This document shows, piece after piece, positions 50,828 to 61,084 of a DNA stretch of 64,000 nt (within the stretch, counting starts at the first letter, position 1; the number at the start of each line of letters is the position of its first letter). The DNA lies in the NCBI GenBank assembly GCA_963734495.1, contig CAVTHK010000011.1, positions 448,001 through 512,000 of the forward strand, in the 5' to 3' direction. The DNA is from an uncultured Spirochaetota bacterium (GTDB lineage Bacteria; Spirochaetota; Spirochaetia; SZUA-6; CAVTHK01). The translations under genes were made by a program, and so were the position numbers. The notes below the pieces were generated by a model. It saw only the letters and a program-made list of their open reading frames with translations. It was not told where the DNA came from and searched no databases.

Positions 50828-51967
50828 CCCGGTCAGCGCGGCATATTCGTCGATCCAGGCGCGGTAGTTCGCGTCCATCCGTTCGGTCACGGCCTGCCGG
50901 AGCTGGAGCGCGGCGTCCGTGAGAATGAGTCGCCTTTCCCCCGTGGCGATGATTTCCCGCACTCGCCGCCGTATCGCATCCGGCTCGCCATGCTCGATCT
51001 CCACGAATTCGATGTTGCCGATGAGCGTCAACTTGTCGCCCACCGCTTGCCGCGCTTCGCGGATGCTCAGATCACCCTGCGGCGGCGGCTCCACCGGATT
51101 GGTGGCGTCGTAGCCCATCTCCACGATTCTGCGGATGGCGTACGCGACCTTTCCGTGGCAGTGGCAATCCAGGGGCGTCCCGTATCTCTTGAGCTGCCGC
51201 ACAAGGGCGCCTTCGTAGGGCACGACGAAGTCGTCGAATGACTGGGGTCGCATCATGGGCGGCGTGAACTGTTCGGAACCGCCAAAGACAACCGCGCAAT
51301 CCAGCTTCTGCCGTGAGAAGAGCGCGCCGACGCAGAGGGAGATTCTTCGCGTGATTTCCTTGCAGTAGTCACGCACCGTTTCCGGCTCGACAAAGCACAG
51401 CTCCAGGAAGTTCTCGAGGTGCATGCAGTGGGAAATCGCCACCGCCGGCGAGGGCAGGAAGATCTGCGGATAGCCGTTGTCGCAAAGGTCAGCGTCGAGC
51501 GCGTTGAATAGCTCGATTGTCTTGTCGACCGACTCCTCGCAGACTTCGAACGGCGCGTCAATCATGCGGTCGAGCGCCTTCCTGTCGTCGCCCGGCGTGA
51601 TCATGTGCCAGTCGGTGGCAAATCCGGCGGTCTCGTGGTCTTCGTAGAACACATCCCCGCCGGGAAGGCTGATGGTGCCCTTGATGATGCGCTTGTCGGG
51701 AGAAGCCTGCACCACTTCGGTCCTGATCCTGTTTGAGGAAACCATCATGTAGCGGTTGAAGAGCGGCGGCTCGAAACCGAGGTACGAATCGCACCAGGGC
51801 CGCGCGTATTCCCGCAATTCCAGGAATCGCCGCTCCCTGGTCCAACCCCAGAGGAAGACGTCGTCGGGGAGCCTCGTATGGAGGTGGAAGGACGAGCCGA
51901 GATTCAGGGGCGGACGGTCCACTGCCCGCCCGGCCAAGGCGGCCTTGATCCGCTCGCGGCCCGTCAT
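50819..51967 (-). CDS. uroporphyrinogen decarboxylase-family protein
   Basis: MTGRERI, CHCHG, PVEPPPQGD, LIGNIE. Confidence 0.85.
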   Translation of the reverse strand: MTGRERIKAALAGRAVDRPPLNLGSSFHLHTRLPDDVFLWGWTRERRFLELREYARPWCDSYLGFEPPLFNRYMMVSSNRIRTEVVQASPDKRIIKGTISLPGGDVFYEDHETAGFATDWHMITPGDDRKALDRMIDAPFEVCEESVDKTIELFNALDADLCDNGYPQIFLPSPAVAISHCMHLENFLELCFVEPETVRDYCKEITRRISLCVGALFSRQKLDCAVVFGGSEQFTPPMMRPQSFDDFVVPYEGALVRQLKRYGTPLDCHCHGKVAYAIRRIVEMGYDATNPVEPPPQGDLSIREARQAVGDKLTLIGNIEFVEIEHGEPDAIRRRVREIIATGERRLILTDAALQLRQAVTERMDANYRAWIDEYAALTGSR

Positions 51968-53307
51968 CGTGCCGGCCGTATCGTTATCTCTCCGTCGCCG
52001 GCCTCTTTGGCCAGCGCAACGAGGCGGTTCCGCATGTCGGAGCGCAGGTCGGAGTGCGCGGGATCTCCGACAAGATTGCGTCTCTGGACGGGATCTGCTT
52101 CGTTGTCGAAGAGATACCGTTCGACGTACGAGCTGGACCGGCCTTCTCTGTTCGGATTTTTCGAAGGATCGTAGACGCAGTAGGTGTAGCGCCTGGACCT
52201 GAGCGCGCGCCCAAGGTACGACTCGCTGATCTGGATGTAGACGTCCTCCCTCCAGTCGCCGCCGTCGAAAACCCGCTGGAGCGGCTCGCCCCGCATGCCC
52301 GAAGAATCCGCTCCCGCGGCCGTCACAATGGTCCTGGGGATGTCGAGCAGGCTGACCATCCTGTCGGCCTGCCTCGGGCCCCGGAAACCGGGGCCCGAGA
52401 TCACCATCGGGATGTGGACGGTATTCTCGTAGCAGCTTCGCTTGTAGTCGTCGAAGCCGCCCTCAGTGCAGTCGCCGATTCTGGTCTTGAAATGACAGCC
52501 GTGGTCGGAGGTGTAGATGAGCAGCGTATCCTCGTACAGCTTTCGCTCCCTGAGCTTCGCTACGACGCGCCCCAGGTTCGCGTCCAGGGCGTTGCAGCAG
52601 CCAAGGTAGTCGGGGAGCTGCTTTTCCCAGTCGCCCTCGCCCGGGTTCAGGTCCGCCGGCGGCGTGAACCCTCCGAATCGTTCGCGGCTGCCCCTGGGCC
52701 CCTCGAAGCAATCGTGGTCGTTCTGGTGATGGGGCTCGATGTTGGAAACAAAGATGAAGAACGGCCTTTCCTCCAGCGGCGATCGCTGGTCGAGATAGTG
52801 CAGTGCGTAGTCAGTGATGCAATCGGGGCGGTAGCCGGAGAACTCCACCCTGTTCCCGTAGCCGTCATGCACATAGCCGCCGTATCCGTGCGAGGTGAAC
52901 TCTAGAATATCCGAGACCATCCAGTAGTCGTCGTAGCCTCCGCGGCGCTCCCTGGGAATCGGGCCGGTCTCGTGATTGGCGCCGCCGTGGTCCGAGGCGA
53001 GATGCCACTTGCCGACATAGGCGACCATGTAGCCGGCCTCGCGCATTCTGCGGGCGAGGGTGCGGCAGTCCTGCGGCAGGGAGATTCCGTTGCGGAAACA
53101 ACCGACCTCCGTCGGATACAGCCCCGTCTGAAGCATGGCGCGCGCAGGACCACAGACCGGCTGAGCGGTGTACGCCCTCGCGAAGTTCACGCCTTCCTTC
53201 GCCAGGACATCCAGATTGGGGGTTACATCCAGCGGCTGGCCATTGCACCCCAGCGTGTCAAAGCGCTGCTGATCCGAAAAGAACACGACAACGTTCGGTT
53301 TCTTCAT
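51964..53307 (-). CDS. Cys-type sulfatase
   Basis: KPNVV.FFSDQQR, CGPARAMLQTG (CxPxR), GKWHL, TSDHG. Confidence 0.93.
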   Translation of the reverse strand: MKKPNVVVFFSDQQRFDTLGCNGQPLDVTPNLDVLAKEGVNFARAYTAQPVCGPARAMLQTGLYPTEVGCFRNGISLPQDCRTLARRMREAGYMVAYVGKWHLASDHGGANHETGPIPRERRGGYDDYWMVSDILEFTSHGYGGYVHDGYGNRVEFSGYRPDCITDYALHYLDQRSPLEERPFFIFVSNIEPHHQNDHDCFEGPRGSRERFGGFTPPADLNPGEGDWEKQLPDYLGCCNALDANLGRVVAKLRERKLYEDTLLIYTSDHGCHFKTRIGDCTEGGFDDYKRSCYENTVHIPMVISGPGFRGPRQADRMVSLLDIPRTIVTAAGADSSGMRGEPLQRVFDGGDWREDVYIQISESYLGRALRSRRYTYCVYDPSKNPNREGRSSSYVERYLFDNEADPVQRRNLVGDPAHSDLRSDMRNRLVALAKEAGDGEITIRPAR

Positions 53308-53321
53308 GCTCCACTCCGAGG

Positions 53322-54197
53322 TCAACCCTTGATGCCGGAAGTGACGATACCGGCCACAAAGGTCTTCTGCGCGAAAACAAACAGGACGACCAGGGGCAGG
53401 ATGATCACGCTTGTGGCCGCCATCACGTAGTTCCACTGGGTGTCCAGGTCGCTCCTGAAGAGCACCAACGCCAGCTGCAGGGTCATCATCTTGGGATCGG
53501 TGGTGATGATCAGCGGCCACACGTATTCGTTCCAGGTCTGGGTGGCCTTGAGGCAGAGCAGCGAGGCGAAGACGGGCAGCGACAGGGGGACGTAGATGTG
53601 CAAGAACGAACCCGTTCTCGAGAGACCGTCCATCTTCGCCGCGTCGTCGAGCGATTTCGGAAAGTTCAGGAAGTACTGGCGGAAGAGAAAGACGCCAAAG
53701 GACCCGGCGATGTAAGGCGCGAGCAGGCCGAAATACGTGTTGATGAAACCTAGCCCTCCGTGGCCCAGGATGTTGTTGCCGCCCGCGAGGGGGAAGTCTT
53801 TGAGAATGAGGAACGTCGGCACCATGGAGGCCTGCGGCGGGATCATAAGCCCTATCAAACCCGCAAAAAAGAGGGCGTCACGTCCGCGGAACTGGAGACG
53901 GGAAAAGGCAAACCCGGCCAGCGAATTGATGACCAGGCTCGAAATCACCGTGATGGTGGTGATCAGGATCGTGTTGAAGAAATACCTGCCCCAGTTGCCG
54001 GCCCGCAAGGCCTCCCGGTAGTTCTCCAGGTGAATGCTCTTCGGCACGAAGAAGTTGACAAAGCTCCCGCGCGAGAAGATCTCCCCCATGCTCTTGAGCG
54101 AGGTTGCCAGCATGAGAAACAGCGGGATGAGCATGATGACGGAAATGACCGACAGCGCGAGGATGAGAAGAGCGGGAAACACGGTTTTCCTGCCCAT
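53322..54197 (-). CDS. carbohydrate ABC permease
   Basis: LDDAAKMDG loop, WNEYVWPLI. Confidence 0.92.
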   Translation of the reverse strand: MGRKTVFPALLILALSVISVIMLIPLFLMLATSLKSMGEIFSRGSFVNFFVPKSIHLENYREALRAGNWGRYFFNTILITTITVISSLVINSLAGFAFSRLQFRGRDALFFAGLIGLMIPPQASMVPTFLILKDFPLAGGNNILGHGGLGFINTYFGLLAPYIAGSFGVFLFRQYFLNFPKSLDDAAKMDGLSRTGSFLHIYVPLSLPVFASLLCLKATQTWNEYVWPLIITTDPKMMTLQLALVLFRSDLDTQWNYVMAATSVIILPLVVLFVFAQKTFVAGIVTSGIKG

Positions 54198-54225
54198 GGC
54201 TACCCCTGTCGACACGCGGCCGGCA

Positions 54226-55143
54226 TCAGCTCAGATCCAGGTCCTGCCCGCGGCTGCCGAAACGGAAATTCAAGGCCGTCATGACGGCGACGATGGCGAT
54301 GAGCAGAATCGTTATGGACGAGGCGTACCCGACTTTGTACTCCACGAAGCCGCGGACGTACACCTGGTGCATGATGGTGGTGGTGGCGTTCATCGGTCCG
54401 CCGTTGGTCAGTATGTTCACCTGCTCGAAGACGTTGAAGTTGTTGATGAAACCCGTGACCAGCAGGAAGAAGGTCGTGGGCCGCAGCATGGGCAGCGTGA
54501 TGTAGATGAGCTGCCGGGGCGCGTTCGCGCCCTCGATTCTCGCCGCCTCGTAAAGCTGTTCGGGAATGGCGAGAAGGCCGGCTGTGAAAATGACCATGTT
54601 GTAGCCGACGAACTTCCACACCGTTACCAGCATGACGCAGAGCAGGGCGATGTCGACGTTGAAGATCCAGTTCGAGCGGTGGATGCCGGCGATGTCGAGA
54701 ACCCCGTTCAGGAAGCCGTAGCCGGGATCGTACATCCAGAGCCAGATCATGGAGGCGGCCGCCATCGACACGACGTAAGGCATGAAGAAACAGGTCCTGA
54801 ACAACCGCGTGCCCCACGTGACCCTGATAAAGGCGAGCGCGGCCAGCAGACCCAGGACGATCGTCATCGACAGCGTTCCGACGGTAAAGACCGCGGTGTT
54901 GACGATGGAAATCCTGAGGATGGGATCAGACAGCATCTTCCTGTAGTTGTCCAGGCCCGCAAAACGAATCGTCGACAGGTCATAGTGGGCGAAGCTGAGG
55001 ATGACGTTGATGACGATGGGCAGCAGCAGGAAGATGAGCAGGAAAAGGTAGTACGGGGCGATCATGAGGTAGCCGATGTCGTCCTCGCGGAACCTCGGGG
55101 TCTTCTTCGTCGTGAACGCTCCCGGCCTCAGCCGCTCCTCCAA
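54226..55143 (-). CDS. carbohydrate ABC permease
   Basis: GLDNY, LYEAARIEGA, LTNGGP. Confidence 0.92.
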   Translation of the reverse strand: MEERLRPGAFTTKKTPRFREDDIGYLMIAPYYLFLLIFLLLPIVINVILSFAHYDLSTIRFAGLDNYRKMLSDPILRISIVNTAVFTVGTLSMTIVLGLLAALAFIRVTWGTRLFRTCFFMPYVVSMAAASMIWLWMYDPGYGFLNGVLDIAGIHRSNWIFNVDIALLCVMLVTVWKFVGYNMVIFTAGLLAIPEQLYEAARIEGANAPRQLIYITLPMLRPTTFFLLVTGFINNFNVFEQVNILTNGGPMNATTTIMHQVYVRGFVEYKVGYASSITILLIAIVAVMTALNFRFGSRGQDLDLS

Positions 55144-55150
55144 AGAAGAA

Positions 55151-55185
55151 GCCGCGTCGTCGATTGGTGTAGACGGCGACGCGGC
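55151..55185 (-). terminator. stem-loop after SBP gene
   Basis: GCCGCGTCGTCG-N11-CGGCGACGCGGC. Confidence 0.5.
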
Positions 55186-55207
55186 ATGCTTCGCGCCCTG
55201 AACGAGC

Positions 55208-56480
55208 CTATTTCGGAAGCTCGGCGAGGATCTGCTCCTGGGCGGTTTTCATTGCGTCCGCGGCCCTGGCCTTGCCCTGCATCACGGATTCATAGGCAGG
55301 CGCCCAGTACTTGTACAGCGTGTTCACCCACTGAATCGAAAAAGCTCCTCTGCCGACAGCGGCCGTCTCGACGACGATCTTGTTGACGGCGGGGTCCTTC
55401 TTGATGAACTCGTCCTGCAGCGACTTGCGTATCGGAATGATGCCGAGCTCCATCCTTTGACGCACCTCGTTCACGCTGGCGAAGCCCTTCATGACCTGCC
55501 ACGTCGCGTCCGGGTTCTTGCTGTCCTTCATGATCGCCATCAGGCGGTAGCCGCAGAACGACGAGGTCTTCTTGTTCATGAGCGGCGGCCCATAGAGGAT
55601 CTGTGCTGCGAGCTCCGGCTTGTTCTTGATCAGGACCTTGACGTTGTCCACCATGAGAAAGGCCATCGCTCCGGTCCCGTTCATGAAGGACATGGTCTCC
55701 TTCTTCTGCCAGTCGTTGGGCAGGGTCAGGCCCGCCTTGACGAAGCCGTACAGGTACTCGACGGTCTCGGCCACCTCCGGATCGGTGAGCCTCGGCTTCA
55801 TCGCGACTTCGTCGATGACGATGGCGCCGTTCATGAGACAGAAAGGCTCGGCCACGTTCAGGAAGAAATCAACGGTCGGGATGTCGATTCCGGGCTGGAT
55901 GATGTTCCCCTTGTCGTCCTTCTTCGTCAGTTTCTCGGCGTATTCCCGCAATTCCTTCCAGTTCCTGGGAGGCTTGGCAGGATCGAGACCCGCTTTCTCG
56001 AAAAGGTCTTTGCGGTACACGAAGTTGATGGGTGCCGGCGCGACTCCGAGGGCCACAAACTTTCCACCCACCTTGCCGACGTTGAGGGCGCTTTCGAGAA
56101 AGTCGCTCCTCTCCTCCCATTTGGCGAGATAGTCATCGAGAACGAGGAATTCGCCCCTGATGCCCCAGGGCGCCAGGCTGGAGAGCACGATGTAGACACA
56201 GTCCGGCGTCTGGCCGCTCAGCTTGGCGGCGTTGAGCTTGTTCTCGAAATCAACCGCAGTTCCCGGGACCACGGTGGCTTCGACCTTGATGTCCTTGCTC
56301 GCGGCGTTGAAGCGCTGCGCGAAAGGCTCGGCATACTGGCTCATACCGTCGTAGTTGCTGAACCATACCTTTATGGGCCCGGTCGGCTTGGCGGCCGGTT
56401 CCGTCGTTCCGCCTGCTGATGCCAGTGCTGACGACGAGCACCAATAAACACAGGGTCACAATGGTCCTTTTCATATCCAC
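55208..56480 (-). CDS. family-1 sugar ABC substrate-binding protein (frameshift after signal peptide)
   Basis: YRKDLFEKAGLDP..P.NW.EL; signal peptide in ORF 56250..56480. Confidence 0.88.
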
Positions 56481-56550
56481 CGGCCTCCTTGACGATTTTT
56501 CCTGGTTCCGAAACCTGCGTCAAAAAGCTTTGCATGGCCAATGTCACCTG

Positions 56551-57705
56551 TCAAGGTTGTCCCTGCCAACTGTCCGGGCCGGCTGGCGTCGGCCTGCTCA
56601 GGGGGCCGCCGTATTGATCGTCTTGACCGACGTCGATCATGTGTTCGATCGTGTCCACAGAGACGTCGGCCTGGAGGATGTGCGCCGGCGCAATGAGGTA
56701 GCCTCCGCGGGCGCCGAGAATCGCCGCCCTCCTGCGGATCTCGGCCGATATGGCCGCCTTGTCGCCCCGCGGCAGGAGCACCTGCTGATCGATGCCGCCG
56801 AAAAAGTTGATGCGCCCCCCATACAGCCGCGCCAGCTCCTCCGGATCGGACCCGGGGACATTCGGCTGCACGGGGTTGTAGACCTCGACCCCCAGCTCGA
56901 TGAAATCGCCGATCAGGGGCGCCACCGCCCCGTCGGAATGCATGATGACCATGATCCCGGGATTCGCCGCTTTGACTCTGTCGATGATCCGTTTGTGCCG
57001 CGGCTTGTAGCGCTCCCGCCACTGCCGCGGCGAGATCAGCGTCGAAGTCTGGCTTCCCAGATCTTCGCCGAACCAGAGCGCATCGACTCCTGCGTCCACC
57101 AGGCGCAGAGCGAGACCCGTCGTCCACTCCTCCACGCGCTGGTCGAGCGCCGCTGTCCAGTCCTCCTCCATGGCCATGCCGACCAGGTACTTCTCCATCC
57201 CGGCAAGGTGCCAGGCGAGCTCGAACAGGGACAGCTCCACGTCGCCGATGACGAAATACTCACCACCGAATCGATCTATGTCGCGCCGGGCCTTGTCAAA
57301 GCGACCCGGTGCCAGAGGGTCGGGGAAAGCGTATGCCTCGATGTCTGCCGCCGAGCGCGCCTCCTCCAGGGGGCACTTCACGACCTCGACGTAAAGCGGC
57401 GTCGGCGACATGTGCATGCCGAACTCGTTGCAGGTCACGTTTGACCGCACGCTCGACGGCACGAAGCCCGACCGGACGGTCCCGCCGACGACGACACAGT
57501 CGCTTCCCATCGCGGTCCGGATGGCGTTGGCGGAAATCCGGTAGGTGAGATCCTCGTAGTAGGACAGGGAATACTCCGGCTCGATCCCGAGCTTCTTTCC
57601 GAAGGCATCCGTGAGGCTGCGGCAGAGGTCGAATTGCAGCGGCGGCCGGTCGGGCAGACCTGGCTTCTTCCCGAAAGCGTGCAGAACGCGGTCCCTGGAG
57701 CTCAT
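56551..57705 (-). CDS. uroporphyrinogen decarboxylase-family (MtaA-like) protein
   Basis: MSSRDRV, GEDLGSQ, MHSDG, YNPVQP, FFGGIDQQ, APAHILQ. Confidence 0.9.
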   Translation of the reverse strand: MSSRDRVLHAFGKKPGLPDRPPLQFDLCRSLTDAFGKKLGIEPEYSLSYYEDLTYRISANAIRTAMGSDCVVVGGTVRSGFVPSSVRSNVTCNEFGMHMSPTPLYVEVVKCPLEEARSAADIEAYAFPDPLAPGRFDKARRDIDRFGGEYFVIGDVELSLFELAWHLAGMEKYLVGMAMEEDWTAALDQRVEEWTTGLALRLVDAGVDALWFGEDLGSQTSTLISPRQWRERYKPRHKRIIDRVKAANPGIMVIMHSDGAVAPLIGDFIELGVEVYNPVQPNVPGSDPEELARLYGGRINFFGGIDQQVLLPRGDKAAISAEIRRRAAILGARGGYLIAPAHILQADVSVDTIEHMIDVGQDDQYGGPLSRPTPAGPDSWQGQP

Positions 57706-57835
57706 GATGCGGCCTCCCACCTGTTTCAGCCTGACAATTCCCGTCGGTGGAATCCTCTCTGATCGTAATGCGCCGCCGCGCGCGGGTCCATGGCTGTCGG
57801 GGTGTGCCGCGGCGCCGGAGGGCGCCGCGCGATGG

Positions 57836-58669
57836 TCATCCCTTGAGGCCGGTCGCGGCCACGCTCTGGATGAACTGCTTCTGGAAAAACAGGAATACGG
57901 CCATCACGGGAAGGCTCGCGATCACCGCGGCAGCCTCCGCTTTGGCGTACTCGTACTGGTAGGTTCCCGAGAAATTGGCGAGCCCCACCGGAAGCGTGAA
58001 CATGGGCGGCTTGTTCGAGACGATGAGCGGCCACATAAAGTCGTTCCATGCGCCGAGGAAAGCGAAGATCGCAAGCGCCGAGAGTGCCGCCACCGTGAGC
58101 GGCATCATGATCGTGGAGTAGATCCGCAGGCGTCCGGCCCCCTCGATCTCCGCGGCTTCCTCGTATTCCCGCGGGATCTGCAGGAAGAACTGCCGGAGCA
58201 TGAAGACCCCGAGTGCGAGGGCGAGGCGCGGGATGATGATCCCGGGGTAGGTGGCGACGAGCCCCATGGAGTTCACCATGAGGTAGAGGGGGACGATCGT
58301 GACCTGCTGGGGCACCATGAGTGTCGCCAGCACGGCGGCAAAGACGACGTCGCGGCCCGGGAACCTGATCCTGGCGAACGCGAAGGCCGCCAGCGAGTTG
58401 ATGAACAGGTCAAGAACGACCACGACGGTGGAAACGATGACGCTGTTGAGCAGCCACCGCAGCAGCAGCGACTTGAAGAGTATGTACTGGTAGTTCTCCC
58501 ACGTGAACCTGAGCGGGATCCATCGCAGCGGCAGCCTGGTGGTGTCCGCCTCGGGCGTGAACGAGGTCGACACCATCCACACGAAAGGGATCACCCACAC
58601 GACGGACACCACGACGAGAGCCGCTGCGAGGATCGGACGATACCGGGCGGACCTTTGCTCTCGAATCAT
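57836..58669 (-). CDS. carbohydrate ABC permease
   Basis: YEEAAEIEGA, WNDFMWPLI. Confidence 0.92.
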   Translation of the reverse strand: MIREQRSARYRPILAAALVVVSVVWVIPFVWMVSTSFTPEADTTRLPLRWIPLRFTWENYQYILFKSLLLRWLLNSVIVSTVVVVLDLFINSLAAFAFARIRFPGRDVVFAAVLATLMVPQQVTIVPLYLMVNSMGLVATYPGIIIPRLALALGVFMLRQFFLQIPREYEEAAEIEGAGRLRIYSTIMMPLTVAALSALAIFAFLGAWNDFMWPLIVSNKPPMFTLPVGLANFSGTYQYEYAKAEAAAVIASLPVMAVFLFFQKQFIQSVAATGLKG

Positions 58670-58679
58670 GGGCCGGCCT

Positions 58680-59555
58680 CTACTCCTCTTTCCCGCCGAC
58701 GCGGATCTGCGCGAGCGTAAAGACCATGATGAACGCGAGGAGCACGTAGGCCATCGCCGAGGCGTAGCCCATCTTCCAGTACTTGAAGCCGCTTTCGTAG
58801 ATGTACTGCACGAGCACTCTCGTCGCCCCGTAGGGGCCGCCGCCGGTCATGATGTAGACCTGACCGAAGATCTGGAAGCTCCTGATGACCTGCATGACGA
58901 CGACGAAGAGCGTGATTCTCCGCAGCAGGGGCAGCGTGATGTACCAGAACTCCTGAAACCTGCCCGCGCCGTCTATCTTCGCGGCGTCCCGGAGCTCGGC
59001 GGGGATGTCCTGGAGCCCTGCCAGAAAGAGCACCATGTTGAACCCGACGGTCCACCACACGGTCGTGAGCGCGATCGACGGCATGGCGAGGCGCGGATCT
59101 CCCAGCCAGTTGACCGAGGCGAGAAACGGGATCCCGCGCAGGTGCCAGCTCAGCAGGCCGTGCCTGGGCTGCAGGAGCCAGAGCCACAGCATGCCCACCA
59201 CGGAGATGGAGAGAATGTAGGGAAGGAAGACCGCCGCGCGGAAAAACGTCCGTCCCGGCACCTTCGTGTTCAGCAGGAGGGCGAACAGGAGGCCGACGAC
59301 GACGAGAAGCGGGGTGCTCAGCACGACGAAGTAGAGGGTGTTCCCGAGCGACTTCCAGAACGTGTCGTCGCCGAGCATCTTCGCGTAGTTGGCGAGGCCG
59401 ACAAAGGGCCGGTTGCTTCCGAGGATCGCCCAGTCGTGGAGGCTGATCCAGAGCCCCGAAAAGATCGGGTACACCATGAAAACAGCGACCACGACCAGGT
59501 ACGGGGCGAGAAAGAGGTATCCGTCCCGCGTGTTCCTCAGGAGCTTCTTGTCCAT
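58680..59555 (-). CDS. carbohydrate ABC permease
   Basis: FVGLANY, LRDAAKIDGA, MTGGGP. Confidence 0.92.
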   Translation of the reverse strand: MDKKLLRNTRDGYLFLAPYLVVVAVFMVYPIFSGLWISLHDWAILGSNRPFVGLANYAKMLGDDTFWKSLGNTLYFVVLSTPLLVVVGLLFALLLNTKVPGRTFFRAAVFLPYILSISVVGMLWLWLLQPRHGLLSWHLRGIPFLASVNWLGDPRLAMPSIALTTVWWTVGFNMVLFLAGLQDIPAELRDAAKIDGAGRFQEFWYITLPLLRRITLFVVVMQVIRSFQIFGQVYIMTGGGPYGATRVLVQYIYESGFKYWKMGYASAMAYVLLAFIMVFTLAQIRVGGKEE

Positions 59556-59574
59556 GGACGGCGCGCCGAAAGAC

Positions 59575-59600
59575 GCGCCGGCGGGTTGCCCCGCCGGCGC
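59575..59600 (-). terminator. stem-loop after SBP gene
   Basis: GCGCCGGCGGG-ttgc-CCCGCCGGCGC. Confidence 0.5.
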
Positions 59601-59607
59601 CAGTATC

Positions 59608-60891
59608 CTACTTGAGAACGGCGTTGACTTTCGCCGCCGCGTCGTCGAGTGCCTGCTTCGGGTCCTTTTTGGCGATCAGGGCCGCCTGCACGCCTTCGGT
59701 GACGTACTTCTCGACCTCGTCCAGCGAGCTGATGGCCGGCGCGTACTTGACGTTGGCGAGCATCGAGAGGTCGCTCGCGAACGGCCGGTTAGGAAGGGAC
59801 TGGTATTCCTTGCCGTTGATCACGCTCTTGCGCGACGGAACGTGGCCGGCCTTGGTCCACATGATCGTGTTGTTGGTCATCCAGTTGATAAAGGTCATCG
59901 AGGCCGCGAGCTTCTGATTGTCCGTGGTCTTTCCCTGCGGCAGCGCGAACACGTGGGAGTTCGCCCAGAAGGCCGGCTGCTTTCCGACCTGGGGGAAGAA
60001 GGTGGTGCCGAACTCGACGTTTTTGTCGGCTTCGTAGACTCCGGTCCTCCAGACGCCGTAAGCCTCGCCCGCCGCCTCGTTGTTCTTGAACATGGCCAGG
60101 GTCTGCGCGTTGGTCAGGTTCTCGGGGGCGTACTTGTACTTGTAGATGAGGTCCTGCATCATCCTGAGGGCCTGCACGCCCTCGGGCCCGTTGAACGCGG
60201 CCTTCTTGTTGTCTGCGGTCAGGAGCGTCCCGCCGTTCTGGTAGAGGAAGCCGAACCACTCGCGGTAAGCCCCGACGGAGTTGGCGGCAAGCGCGTAGGC
60301 CGAGGTCCCGGTCTTCGCCTTGACCGTGTCGAGCACCTTGAGCCAGCCTTCGAGGGTCGTCGGGGCCTGGAACTTGCCGTCGGCGCCGAGCAGGCCGGCC
60401 GCCTTCATCACCTTCTTGTTGTAGAGGTAGATCATCGGGTGCACGTCGAGAGGCACGCCGTACTGCTTTCCGTCGTAGAAGCTCCGCTTCCAGGGCACGT
60501 CGAGGAAGTCGTCGCCGGGGATGGCATACTTCTTGACGAGCTCGTCCATCGGACGCAGCGCGCCTTTGGGGGCGAGCACGGGGATGTAGGTCATGTGAAT
60601 GATGGCCACTTCGGGCCCGTTTCCGCCCGCGATCGCGGTGGTGAGAAAGTCGTAGTAGTTCTCCCACTTGGCGGTCAGGGGCACGATCTTGATGTCCTTG
60701 GTCCCGGACTGGAACTTGTCCACCATGGCGTCCATGTAGTCCTTGTCGCCGCCGGTAAACAGGGTCCAGTAATTGATCGAGACGGGACCGGCCGTTTTCG
60801 CCGCCCCCTCCTTCTCACCGCCCGCCCAGGCGCCGGCTGCCAGAAACATGGCCACGAACGCCACGGCAAAGACCCTGGCTGTTGCCTTCAT
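59608..60891 (-). CDS. family-1 sugar ABC substrate-binding protein
   Basis: Signal peptide ..AWAGGEKE, WTLFTGGD, YGVPLDVHP, WANSHVF. Confidence 0.92.
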   Translation of the reverse strand: MKATARVFAVAFVAMFLAAGAWAGGEKEGAAKTAGPVSINYWTLFTGGDKDYMDAMVDKFQSGTKDIKIVPLTAKWENYYDFLTTAIAGGNGPEVAIIHMTYIPVLAPKGALRPMDELVKKYAIPGDDFLDVPWKRSFYDGKQYGVPLDVHPMIYLYNKKVMKAAGLLGADGKFQAPTTLEGWLKVLDTVKAKTGTSAYALAANSVGAYREWFGFLYQNGGTLLTADNKKAAFNGPEGVQALRMMQDLIYKYKYAPENLTNAQTLAMFKNNEAAGEAYGVWRTGVYEADKNVEFGTTFFPQVGKQPAFWANSHVFALPQGKTTDNQKLAASMTFINWMTNNTIMWTKAGHVPSRKSVINGKEYQSLPNRPFASDLSMLANVKYAPAISSLDEVEKYVTEGVQAALIAKKDPKQALDDAAAKVNAVLK

Positions 60892-61084
60892 ACTTGTTCT
60901 CCTCTTTCTTTGAGATACGCGAAGTGGTTCCTCGCGCGGGAACGCTAGACCATACCACATGGGGGCCCGTTGTTGAAGTGCGGCGAGCCCGGCGGCGAGC
61001 CCGCGGCAGCGGCATGCGGGCGGATTGCCCGCGGGTGCCTCTCATCGTTAACTTCCCTGACATCGCTCTCCACAGGAGGCTTCC

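Noticed and set aside
811-56480. Many frameshifted genes as mass pseudogenisation or programmed frameshifting
   Set aside because: Single-base indels scattered over unrelated genes, some in short homopolymers, with motifs intact; best explained by long-read consensus error. The multiply shifted PIN gene at 4069-4422 could be truly decayed.
60981-61010. Short tandem CGGCGAGCCC repeat (also CCGCGATGC at about 4707-4726)
   Set aside because: Only two copies and no spacers; not a CRISPR array or iteron set.
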